A stretch of 63,319 nt of DNA, the filler included, from Basidioascus undulatus (lineage: Eukaryota), in assembly GCA_000826855.1 (NCBI GenBank). It is 12 parts of 12 records of this genome, joined end to end, with 100 filler letters (N's around TTAATTAATTAA, not from the genome) between each part and the next. Parts side by side here need not be neighbours in the genome. Positions count along the whole stretch, not along the records: positions 35,212 to 38,650 come from JTLS01002414.1; positions 38,751 to 42,183 come from JTLS01002415.1; positions 42,284 to 45,708 come from JTLS01002416.1; positions 45,809 to 49,232 come from JTLS01002417.1; 8 more parts are not named here. The stretch is one strand, 5' to 3'. Each line of letters begins with the position of its first letter. Position 1 is the stretch's first letter. The notes under the pieces were generated by a model that saw only the letters and a list, made by a program, of their open reading frames with translations, was not told the DNA's origin and searched no databases. Shown here one piece after another: positions 37,951 through 49,332 of the stretch. The position numbers were made by a program, and so were the translations under genes.

Positions 37951-38650
37951 ATGTCCGACTCGTTCTTTACTTAGTACGTCCGGCGGGCTGAGCGGGAAGA
38001 GGAAGAGAGTTGGGAAAGGGCAGAGTGGGCAGCTAATGGTGAGGAGTGCGTGTGTGAATGGGTGGATGGCAGTACATGCTTCACGGGCAAGATCATGCAA
38101 ACCACGCTCGTGTGCGACTCGCCGAGCGAGGGCGCGCCGGCGTTCACGACGAGGTGCGTGTGCTCTCATCCACCCATGTATATCCAGCCTCTGACTCCTC
38201 TGCGGTTCTCCCCAGGTCGACCCACCCCACGCTGGAGCTGCACCTAACGACAGTCGGTGGGTCTCCTCGCTAGACAATTCTCAAACCCGAGGGAGCGAGG
38301 TAGGCTTACGCCAGGCAGGCCTGGAGTAGTGCGCGACCAAGACCCCACCCCCGTCGGGCTCGTCGAGCTGCGCGACACGCCCGCGGGCGGGGCGGTCGTG
38401 GACCTGTACTGGCGCGACGTGCCCGTCGAGAGCGAGGATGGGAGCATGGAGTGCTGGAGGCTTTGCGAGGGGGGGACCATCTATCGGTGGGTGGACAACC
38501 AGGTGCGTCTTCTCCCTTTCTCCCCACCCCTTGCCCCTTCCCTTCACAACCCCTCGACCACCACCTCCCTCCCCTTCCAACTTACTCACAGTCCCGCACC
38601 GCAGCTTTATGCATTCCCCCCAGCAAAGACGGCCCACCCCCCGCCCTCCA
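37951..38650 (+). CDS. Hypothetical protein, 3'-truncated by gap
   Basis: In-phase exons MSDSFFTY / TCFTGKIMQTTLVCDS.. / STHPTLELHLTTV / GRPGVVRDQDP...GGTIYRWVDNQ with canonical donors. Confidence 0.5.
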
Positions 38651-38750
38651 NNNNNNNNNNNNNNNNNNNNNNNNNNNNNNNNNNNNNNNNNNNNTTAATT
38701 AATTAANNNNNNNNNNNNNNNNNNNNNNNNNNNNNNNNNNNNNNNNNNNN

Positions 38751-39331
38751 AAGAGCGGAGAGCAACGCATCAAAATGCTGAAGATGCGGGGGGGGGTCCT
38801 ACTTGGATGGGGAGCAAGGTAGAGGGATTGTAACAGGACGTACACGACGACCTACTCCCGCCAAATGCAACCCGCCCACTCAAACCGGATCAGCACCGCC
38901 CCCTTCACCTCAGCTCTCGGCAGTCATCGACCCACCCCGTAGTTCCCAGAGAAGTGCCGAGTGTTGTATGTGATCCTCTACCCGCCCCCACATACCGAGT
39001 AAGCACTAGCGCAGAGGGGAGGGAGAGGGAAGGAGCGCACAGAAGTCGCCTCGTTGAAGTCGGCCGGGCGGCTGAGTCGGTGGTGGTCGAAGAACTCGTT
39101 GACGGGCCTCAGGCGCGAGAGGCGCGTCTCCTATCCATCCCCCATCCCACACATCGCGGTGATAAGCTCGTCCGCTGGGAAGTGTGAGAGCAAGGAGGGA
39201 TGTACGCGTATGTGCTTGACTGCGGAAGGAGGAGGGCGGGTGTTGTTTCGCGATCAGCGGGCGGGGAGAGGGTGCGGGCGGGGACGCGAGGCGGACGCAC
39301 GCGTGTCGAGGGCTTTGGTAGCGTACTCCAT
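38751..39331 (-). CDS. YIP3: Prenylated Rab acceptor 1 (PRA1/Yip3), 3'-truncated
   Basis: MEYATKALDTLKHIR / ETRLSRLRPVNEFFDHHRLSRPADFNEATS / RITYNTRHFSGNYG. Confidence 0.88.
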
Positions 39332-39527
39332 GGTGGTTTCTGGGAATTAAGGTGGGGAATGAAGAAGTTTGGGAGGAGGAGATGATGAGATGAGGATACC
39401 AGGAAGGAGGTGAGCTGCAAACGCGTGGCAGCGCTTGAGCGGCCGGACTCAGATCGTGCAGCGCCAAACTGCGGGCGTATTGTACGTGTGCTTTACCTGG
39501 CTTCGCGATTGAAGGTGGCTGTGGACA

Positions 39528-40858
39528 TGGATATTGCACAGCTTTCAGAGCCACATGTCCCTATGGAAATCGAGGCTATCCGCCAAGCTGCAAAGGAGCG
39601 ACTTCCACGTATGCGAATGTCGACGTGTCCGTTCGCCGCAGTCGCTGAAGAATTGTGCTCTCCTGGTGTCCCGATAGAGACCACGTTATCCAATGACATC
39701 TTCAGAATACTTTTTATAGGGCTGTATGAGTTACATAGGCTTCAAAGCCTTGGGCGAAGATGTACAGAGTAACCCGACTTGCGCATACCAAACCCCACAG
39801 AGTCCACTGGGCCAGTACTGAGATAAGTCTCGCTGTCCCTCTTTCACGCCAGGGAATTTCTACAAAACTAACTTCAGGCGGGACCATAAGATTCGAACCT
39901 TGGTGGGATCTCCTTCTTGGCTCGCCCGCTATGCATGACAACGCTGGGGGCGGACCCAGTGACAAGCTGCTGCACAACTTCATCTATTGGGGGATGCTGT
40001 CCAATTATGTCAATATAACCCACATCAATCTCCCTCAGTATCGTGAAACTGGTCGGTAAGTACAGGCGGTCCCACTCGCGAGTGCGACGAAGAGAATCGC
40101 GTGGAGATTCAGACGACTAACCAACTCTGGACATCAAGGTGTAAGGACCTATACCATAAGACATACCAACGAAGTGCTTTCGAGCAATGATTGCCTTGGA
40201 CTACACAGTGAGAGGGATACAGTGAGAGGGACACATCTGGAGCTGCCTCGCACGCGAAGCAGCATCTGTGTCCATGAAAGGAACAGGTATTATACCTTTG
40301 AATGATTGGGCCCTTTCGCCCCTTACTCTCTCCATGAAACAACACTATGTGGGTATTTCAAGAGCTTACAGATAGATCTCGAGCGACCAAACTCTGTCCC
40401 TCGCACTGCGTGCAGGATGCATCACCGTTTCGAACACTGCATCCTGCCCTCTCCTGCGCGTGTCTTCTTTAAAGAGGCAAATTCTGGTTACCCAGACCTC
40501 TACCCTTTCGCTTTCCCCGCTTTACAACCAATATGTCCCACCCCGCCGCTACAAGACGCGCAGAGGAGATCAAAGCGCGAGGGCAACCGCCCGACGATCC
40601 GGGCACGCTGGCGGACACCCAACGTCGGTGTTGCCTTCTGATCCCCCCCCTTCCCCCTCTTCCTCCTTTGGCCCTGTGGATTCACCCAAGAAATCTGAAA
40701 ATATGGACTCGACAGTTCCCGCCACCCCCATCCCCTTCGACGTGCCCGAGAAGGACGGCTGGGCGGATCGGAAGTACAGGAAGACGTGGCGGGAGAGGCT
40801 GGCGGAGCCGAGGGTGCCCAGAGGTTCTGGTGCTGAGGGGGAGGGTTCCCAGAAATGA
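39528..40858 (+). CDS. Possible hypothetical protein (fragmentary)
   Basis: Successive coding-like ORFs (MDIAQLSEP..., RFEPWWDLLLG..., DGWADRKYRKTWRERL); no family recognised. Confidence 0.25.
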
Positions 40859-42285
40859 GGTGAGGAGGTGGAGATCGGTTCAGCGCGCTGGGCTGCGGGT
40901 CGGGAGGATGTGTTGTAGTAGGGCATGCGTCTTCGTGGTATACTAATAATGGGCAGCCGCGTATTGAGGCCTTCTGTACTTTCGTGCTTTCGAAAGCGAA
41001 AGAGAACGACCGTTTCTCCACTGTGTGGGGACCTCAGGCAACATCGAAGCTATTCTCAAACATACTTCGGGGAACAAGGGGGCCACTCTCGAACAGGCTG
41101 GTGTAGTCCTGACGGCTGGGTAGGCAATCGTCACAGCCTTTGCGGGTGTTGCTTCTGTTGCTTAGCCAGGTTCGTGACTCTCGGGCTCTAAGGCTGCATA
41201 CAATTTTCAACGAGGCGTCCGAGACGGAATTTGGATCAACAGTGGCTTGCATGGCGGCCAGCGCTGTACTAGATCCGGATCGAGCGGTCGTGCGCCGCCA
41301 AGTGCTTGGAAGGTATGGGTGAAGACAAATTCAGAGATAGCTTGGAAACGGGTGGGAACCGGCAGGCTCACCCGAGAAGAAGGAAGCGATGTGGGCTGTG
41401 AATCATGAGGCGACTGACGGCGCAGTGCAGCCTTGCTCGATTGAGGGGGGATTCAGTACAAGGCAATTGCATACGTACCAAAGCGAGACGTTGGCGATGC
41501 CGGACCGAGAGAAAAATTGGCGATAGTCTCGGTATTTGCTGATTTCTCCCTCAATTCCCAACCACCACCACCACCAACGCACGAAAAAGCTCTGCTCCTA
41601 CCAGCGCCAAGTGCCGGCCGTAGAATAGAGTATATCCCAAAAATTGGCGCTGTCGCAGAAGCGACTGGCACTGCGCGAGGACGTCGCGAATGCCGATCAA
41701 CCCGGGGCGGCCAGACCCCCTTGGTATCACGCACGTTCGGATGCTTTTCTTCGATGCTCCTCCCACTGAGCAAGCCATGGCAACTCCCAGTTCCAGTGCA
41801 CGGGTGACGCATTGAGATGCGGGGACAACATGCTGAAAGTCCAGTTGTGAAACCCAATGCACCAGTTCCTTGTCCCTCCAAGCGTGCCATAACTCCGAGT
41901 CCAAGACTAACAATTTCAAATGTCGCTGCGAGACGCTGAATCCGGCAGCCGTATCAGGATGCAAAGTAAGTTTTGGAAAAAGGCGCATTCGAATAAAGTG
42001 TAGGCAGGACAGGAAAGCGAAGGGCGAAGAGTGAACGTGAACAACAAGTATGCAGTAGTGTCTATGCACATCGGAAGGACAGGACGCCCCGGTCGGCCTC
42101 CTCAGCGCTCGACCACCGCCGCTAGATCCTCGTCCGGGCTTTGATTTCCTTCAGGCCCGCTGCCCGGGTCTTGATGAATAGCTNNNNNNNNNNNNNNNNN
42201 NNNNNNNNNNNNNNNNNNNNNNNNNNNTTAATTAATTAANNNNNNNNNNNNNNNNNNNNNNNNNNNNNNNNNNNNNNNNNNNNCC

Positions 42286-42582
42286 CCTCCGGTAGGCCGC
42301 TCGAGGGGAGGAGCCGTACGACTCGGGGAGATGGAGGTGCATGCAATGGCGTCTTCGGGGCTCATCGGGTCCCTCGTCGAGCTCAAGAATAGGACTGAGG
42401 TAGTACGCGCGCCTGTGTGCTCACGATGCCATAGGATGGCGTACCTGTGCACTTGCGGAAGTGAGGGGGTATTTGTAGACTTCGCACTTCCCATGGGCAC
42501 CATAGCCATGGACTGCGTGAGCGCCATCACCAATGGCCATGCGTTCGAGTATAGCGCACTACCGGAGGGCGAGGGCACATAG
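42286..42582 (+). CDS. C-terminus of a highly diverged multisubunit RNA polymerase beta (RPB2-like) subunit, intronless, 5'-truncated by gap
   Basis: The frame is open from the contig start: PPVGRSRGGAVRLGEMEVHAMASSG (compare RPB2 GRSRDGGLRFGEMERDC), then the clamp zinc-binding CSRC...CTC and a terminal LPMG..MDC segment. Confidence 0.8.
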   Translation, partial: PPVGRSRGGAVRLGEMEVHAMASSGLIGSLVELKNRTEVVRAPVCSRCHRMAYLCTCGSEGVFVDFALPMGTIAMDCVSAITNGHAFEYSALPEGEGT

Positions 42583-42585
42583 TTT

Positions 42586-43215
42586 TCAAAACCCGCGGTT
42601 CCTCACGAGGTAGAGGTTATCCAGTATCGGGTCCACGTTCGGGTCCCACTGTCTGCCAGGCAGGACTGACGATGCCCGCTCTGCGTAGAGGGCCCCCGTA
42701 AGCTCGCGGGACAGCAGGGGCCTCTCTCTGATGGTCGTGGCACCTGGCCATCGCACAGTAGCGAGTCCGTCCTCTTCTATTTTCATACTGACCCCTGAGC
42801 AGTTGACCAGGGTGCCGTCACTATCTGCGTCGTCGTAGAGGTAGCCGCACCCTATGACACTCACTCCCCAGTCGGAAATGACGGCCATCTCATCGGCTAC
42901 GTAAGTGACACTGAATGCGGCGACTGCTGCGGAGATCATTCTCCTCACTCTCCTCGCTACCTCTCTGTCCTGCAGGAGTTTGGCTGCTGTGCACTCCAGC
43001 ACCACGTGACCGATGGACCCTTTCTGAAGCGCGCCGAGGGCACTGGTCAACGACGGGTCACCGAGCTTTGCGTGCACGACTCGCCTGCCTCCCCCTGTGA
43101 GCGCGCGCACCAACATCTGGGAGTTCTCCGGACTAGGCTCTACATGGAGGTACCGGACCGGACTCCTGCCTTTCGAGTCCAGAGAGGCGTTTGTCACCGT
43201 TGTCACCCTCGCCAT
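42586..43215 (-). CDS. Intronless orphan protein (209 aa), probably part of the same virus-like element
   Basis: Single uninterrupted ORF MARVTTVTNAS...DPILDNLYLVRNRGF*; its stop is 3 nt from the RNAP-like stop; codon usage is unlike the GC3-rich host genes. Confidence 0.6.
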   Translation of the reverse strand: MARVTTVTNASLDSKGRSPVRYLHVEPSPENSQMLVRALTGGGRRVVHAKLGDPSLTSALGALQKGSIGHVVLECTAAKLLQDREVARRVRRMISAAVAAFSVTYVADEMAVISDWGVSVIGCGYLYDDADSDGTLVNCSGVSMKIEEDGLATVRWPGATTIRERPLLSRELTGALYAERASSVLPGRQWDPNVDPILDNLYLVRNRGF

Positions 43216-43984
43216 CGAGCTGATCCGCTGGCATGCCGTGGTCTTGTTCCGGTGGGGGGCGCAAGTTCGATAGGGCAATGGCTTCGGGCCGGGTCTATGT
43301 TGCTAGGGAAATTAAGTACAGAACGTGTGTGCCTAGTGTTCACTTGGATAACTTACAGGGAAAGAAGGCTGCCGGCGACCGCAACAGAAACCAAAGGGCT
43401 GTGCCGCAAGCTTGGGGAGATGATCTGGCATCGAGTTCGGTTCGGATGCGGCACTGCGAAGCCAGCGCGGACCAGGGTGTAGGGTTATGGACAACAATGG
43501 GCTTCAAAGAGGGCAAACCTAATGAGTCGGTGGTAGTGGGTCGTTATGGCGGTGAGAAAACCTCGAAAGTGCAACCCAAGCGGCACAGGGAAATCGGTTC
43601 CGTCAGGCAATGCAAAGGAGCGTTCGAGCGCTCAGCTGCCTGGGGCAAGAAGCGTGAATCAAATATTCCGGTGGCTGCAATAAATGGTGTTCAGTGAAGG
43701 ATTTCAAGGCGCTTTCAAGTGAAAGGAAGCCCGCAAGGAAAAGAGCTCAGTGCTGCGCCTGTGCTTGGGAATCACGCTGCTACCGTCCCAGCGAACTACA
43801 AAATGCGGCATGGCTCTCAGAGATGACTTGAAGTGAATAATGCCTCTGAATAGTACACTTTTCACGGTCTGGAATTAGCACCCAAGGTGCGACAATTCTC
43901 CACAACGAGATCCACAGGTCCTACGAAGTACCTCGCACGATCTCAGAACGAGCTAGCCAAAACTCATTCAACGGACTTGGGTCC

Positions 43985-45262
43985 TCAATGCCAGCAAGAG
44001 TTATGTCGAACTTTTATTCCCAGCGCTCCCACAAACACTGAAACCTTGAATACTGGCTTCGCCATTGCACGCTCGCCCGACGGACCCGGGGACGCCACTT
44101 CCCTCAGCTCAGCATTTGCGTGCTCGGGGCGTGGACGGAGTAACCAGACGACGACATTGAAAAGTGCCAAGGAGTCGAGGAGATCAGCCGCATGCGCCTC
44201 TCCAGGCGTCAACTCCTCAAGTGTGTGGTCGCCGGCGTCGAGTGGGACCAACAACGCCCGACGAACACGAGTGAGCGGAGTGAGCGCGGTCTGATAGAAC
44301 GCCTGAATAACTTGGGAAGGAGGATAAGAGGAGTCAACTCGTAAGAAGGCGCACGTACGATGTCCTCCCCAGTCTAGTGGAAGCTCGAGGGAGCTCCCAG
44401 GCGCTCAACAGCTTCACGGCCGTTAAGACCAATCGTCATGTCGAAGCTCTGGAGCAAAGGACAGCGCTTGGCTACACCAGTAAGGGTGTTCCGACGCAAA
44501 GCAAGGGCGGTGATGGCGAGGTGCCGGAGGGCGGGCATGGACAGCTTCTCGAGACAGCTTTGCGTGATGGAGCCAAGTCCGATTAGTTGCTGATAATGAG
44601 GGAGCTGGACGACCAGATCCTGGAGATTGGGAAGACGTGCGGAGCGCACAGGATCTGGACTAATATCGATTAGGTGAAGACGCCTGAGCGATAGGTGGAA
44701 AGGCGTAACGTGGATGCTTGGTCGAGAAAACGACCATGGCCATGTTATGTTCAAGCCGAGAGCTGTGTTAGACCGACGTAGCCCTCCCTCTATATCCTCA
44801 GGGCTTAAATCTCGACCATGGAGCGTGAGCAGCTGGAGAGTCGGACAGCTTCGATACGAGCTCTGTTGGCCATACTGGAATTCCCGTCGGTTGTCGAGGA
44901 CGAAAACCCGTCTCCTTGCTGTTCGAACTCCCTCATAGGTCAATCGTAGACAAGGAAAGGTGCCTAATGGGCGTCTCCTCCGTCAGCCACATGCTCCGGT
45001 GGCGCTCGTTGCAGGTGATAGAGTGACTCGGGAAACGTGGTGCGGAAGAACAGCGCTCACCGCAAGTACTGGAACTTGTCCCCATGGTGCTTTATGTACG
45101 CGCCCGCTCTCCAGCTCGAATTAATGCCGATTTCAGACCGAGCAATAGGGAGCAAAATTTTACGAAGATCAGGGTGCACGAACGAGAGGCAGATGCGGTC
45201 GTGTGGGTCGGCGAAGCTGGCGATTCGAGCAGCGTCTCAGCAGGGAGGGCGAGGAGCGACAT
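43985..45262 (-). pseudogene. F-box/LRR gene with frameshift (pseudogene or sequencing error)
   Basis: MSLLALPAETLLE, then a 1-nt deletion near 45224, then IASFADPHDRICLSFVHPDLRKILLP; downstream LPNLQDLVV, MPALRHLAI and CPLLQSFDM LRR-like repeats; GT-AG introns. Confidence 0.55.
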
Positions 45263-45808
45263 GCTGCTAGAGTTTGAAAGTGGTTTGAGTAGGTAATGTT
45301 AGTGTCAGCAAGTGAGTTGTTAATGTGCGTGTGGGATGATGAAGGTTGGAAGGCAAGGAAGAACGCCGGACCGTCCCGCCTTGCGGCCTCCGGTCGCCAC
45401 CGTGCCTTGCCGACGGATAGACACAGACAGTCCCAGTCGACCCACAAAACGAGCACCATGGCCCAAAGATGCAGGCGCAAGCGAACAATATAAAATCTTT
45501 TAATATAGCCCTCTATGCGGTGTACTGAACGCTATGTCCGCCACTGTCCCTCTGCCAGATCGCCGCCATTTGCTCCCCGCATTTCTTCGCTCGGTTCCAT
45601 CTCTCCCTCCCCCGCCCCGTTCCCGTTCCCCGCTCCCTCCTCCGTCGCGTCCTCCTTATGCCTATTTGCACCCCTTCGCACCCCTTCCCCCCCCCCCCCC
45701 CCCCCCTGNNNNNNNNNNNNNNNNNNNNNNNNNNNNNNNNNNNNNNNNNNNNTTAATTAATTAANNNNNNNNNNNNNNNNNNNNNNNNNNNNNNNNNNNN
45801 NNNNNNNN

Positions 45809-46692
<884 letters not shown>

Positions 46693-47738
46693 AGTGATAA
46701 GCGAGGGAGGTTTAGAGACGCGAGCTGCAACGGACAAGCGGCGAAACAAGCGGAGCGTCAGCGGCACGGCACGCGAGCTGGCACCCTCAGCTGAGCGCGA
46801 CTCGCACGTTTGTACGCTGTAATTCGGGGATCGACTACGGCGAGGATTAAAGGTGAGCGCGAGAATACTAGCTAGCTGATCGAAGGCGCGAGCGTGCTGA
46901 CCGGGTAGAATGGAGAGAAAGGGAGATGTGGCGGTGACGAGCCACGGGCAACGGGCGGACGGAGGGGGCCCGATAGGGGGGGAGAGGTTAGGGTCGCGCG
47001 CGTCACGGTCAAAGAAGCGACAGCCGTTGCTTGCGAGCGACTGATTCCGTTGCTTTCGAGTGTGACAAAGGAAAATGTCATTGGATCTGAGAGGGAGCTA
47101 GATATGCAGGTTTTGAGTGCAGGTTGAGGACGCGAGGACGAGTTGGGCGTCGTCGTGTCCTCTCGAGCAACGTACAGGCTTGGTCTCGGTCGGAGCTCCC
47201 CAGTCGGCTCCTTTCACAATAAATTGCGAACCAACACCGACCAGCGCAGACAAGCAGAACCATCATCCCATCCTCTAACCCACATAAATCTCTTCGACCC
47301 CATCAAAGATACGATATCGAACATGCAGAAGCGGGGAAATGCAAGAGGAGCTTGAGAGTGCAACAAGACTGCGTCCTAGGAGGTTAGCTATCTACACCCG
47401 GGAAAGGTGGCGGGTTGAAGGAGGGGATTATTGTAATGCAGCGGGCGGAGAGGAAGACAGGACAGGAGAGGAAGTATAACACGGACGGAATGCGGCGGTG
47501 CGTGGATGGGCAGATGGGGTAGAAGCCGGAGGGAGAATGGAACGGGGTGATCGGAAGAGACAGGGATGATGGAGAATAACCGAGAGAAGAACAAGGGGAG
47601 AGGAAAAGTGAAGCGCGATGCGCGCGTGCGTGCGTGCGGGGGGCATTTTGGCGAGAGTCCGTATGAAGGGAGGCGGAGCGGGAAGGAAGGCGAAAGGGAG
47701 AAACGAAAGGAGGAAGGCGAGGAAGGCAGCGCGGACGC

Positions 47739-49232
47739 TCATCGCCTTTGCCGCAGCCCCGCATCGTCGTGGGCGGAGCCGTTGAGGTGCGCGCCGTTGG
47801 CTTTGATCGCCTTGGGGCTGCTGCCCTTGTCGGACTCCGAGTCGGTCGGGTCGCTGTTCCCGTCCTCCCAAAGTCAGCGTCCCACGATCCCATCAAAACG
47901 AAGCAGGTAGGAAAGTCAAGCGGTTCACTTACCTCTCCTCCTCCTCATCGCTCCTGGGATCATCCGCATCTCCCCCCCTCGCAACCCTCCAGGCGACCCT
48001 AACAATCATCGCAAACCACACAAGGAAAATAACCTGGAGCATCACGAGGGGCACGATGAACGCGCAGAGGATGCGGGGGGTGTAGAAGCACCCCTGGGCG
48101 GCGGAGTAGGACGGGCAGGCGCGGGAGAGGAGTTGGGGGGCTTCGGACCAGACGGAGCGAAGGATGAGGAAGAAGAGCAGCTGCCGCGTGGCGAACCAGG
48201 AGAGGAGGAAGAGGACGAAAGTGGCCTGCCCATCCATGCCTTCTGCATCAGCGGGCCGAGTGGGGGAGACGGAACAGAAAAGCGGAGGGAAACGGGAAGG
48301 GAAAGAGAAGGGGGACGGGGGAAGCGAGAAGGGGGAGGGGAGGAAGAACGCACATCGCAGAGCTTGAACAGTCCCACATAGCGGAACATTTTCGCGAGGG
48401 GGAGAAAGATGTCGGAGAGGTCCATGACGGTGAGGATCGCGAGGCCGACGCGGGTGTAGTTGCCCGCATAGGAGAAGAGGACAAGTGCGACGGTGATGAT
48501 GTGGTGCGTGAGCATTTCTGTGCTCCGTTCCCCCGTCAGCTTTTCTTCTCCGGAGTCCGAACGAAAAGAAGACGAGGCGGAGCGACACACGCCAGTAGTC
48601 CTTCCTCCGCTTCTCCACATTTACAACAACAAGCTGCTGGACCCAGAACGCAGTCTGGACGAGGTAGTACGCCTTGTCCTGCGCGGGGAGGAGCACGTAC
48701 GGGTAGCCGAGCCAGAAGTGCGCGGTGGGCGTGCGCAGACTCTCGGGCACCCATGCGGGCCAGGGGGCCGGAGAGAGGGGCGAGAAGGGGGAGGTGAGGG
48801 AGAGGCGCTGGGGAGGGGAGGGCGTTAGCGGGGAAGGTGAAAGGAGGGAAGGGAGCGGGGAGAGGGGAGAGGGAGATGGGAGATGGGAGGTCGGAGGTCG
48901 AAGTCGAGATGGAGATGGAGACGGCCGGGAAGGGGGAGAAGGACAAGGGAAGAAACGCACCACCCCCCATGACCAAAAAACTACATAATAAACCGCGCTC
49001 CACCCCTGCTCCGCAAACCTCACGACATTCCTATCCCACTCCTTCTCCCGCCTGCTCCTCCTCCCGCCCCGCTTCCCACTTCTTGGCGGGCGGCCGCTGA
49101 CCCACCTGCGCCCCAAAGGCACAAACACCCAGCGCATGAGCGCCGCGCGCAGGAGGGTGAGCGCGGCCATCCACCCCAGGACGAAGAGCGCGTCAAGCGG
49201 GCCTTTGGAGTACAGTTGCGGGGAGGTGGGGG
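47739..49232 (-). CDS. LAG1: Ceramide synthase (TLC domain, Lag1/Lac1 family), 5'-truncated
   Basis: YSKGPLD; VVRFAEQGW; EKRRKDYW-MLTHHIIT; NYTRVG...MDLSDIFLPLAKMFRY; ADDPRSDEEE. Confidence 0.92.
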
Positions 49233-49332
49233 NNNNNNNNNNNNNNNNNNNNNNNNNNNNNNNNNNNNNNNNNNNNTTAATTAATTAANNNNNNNNNNNN
49301 NNNNNNNNNNNNNNNNNNNNNNNNNNNNNNNN

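Noticed and set aside
41453..42183. Possible LRR/F-box-like fragment on the minus strand
   Set aside because: Only weak leucine patterning next to a gap; insufficient evidence.
42284..43215. Ambivirus or CRESS-virus interpretation of the convergent ORFs
   Set aside because: No RdRp or HUH-Rep motifs are seen; the plus ORF carries the multisubunit RNAP GEME and zinc motifs instead.
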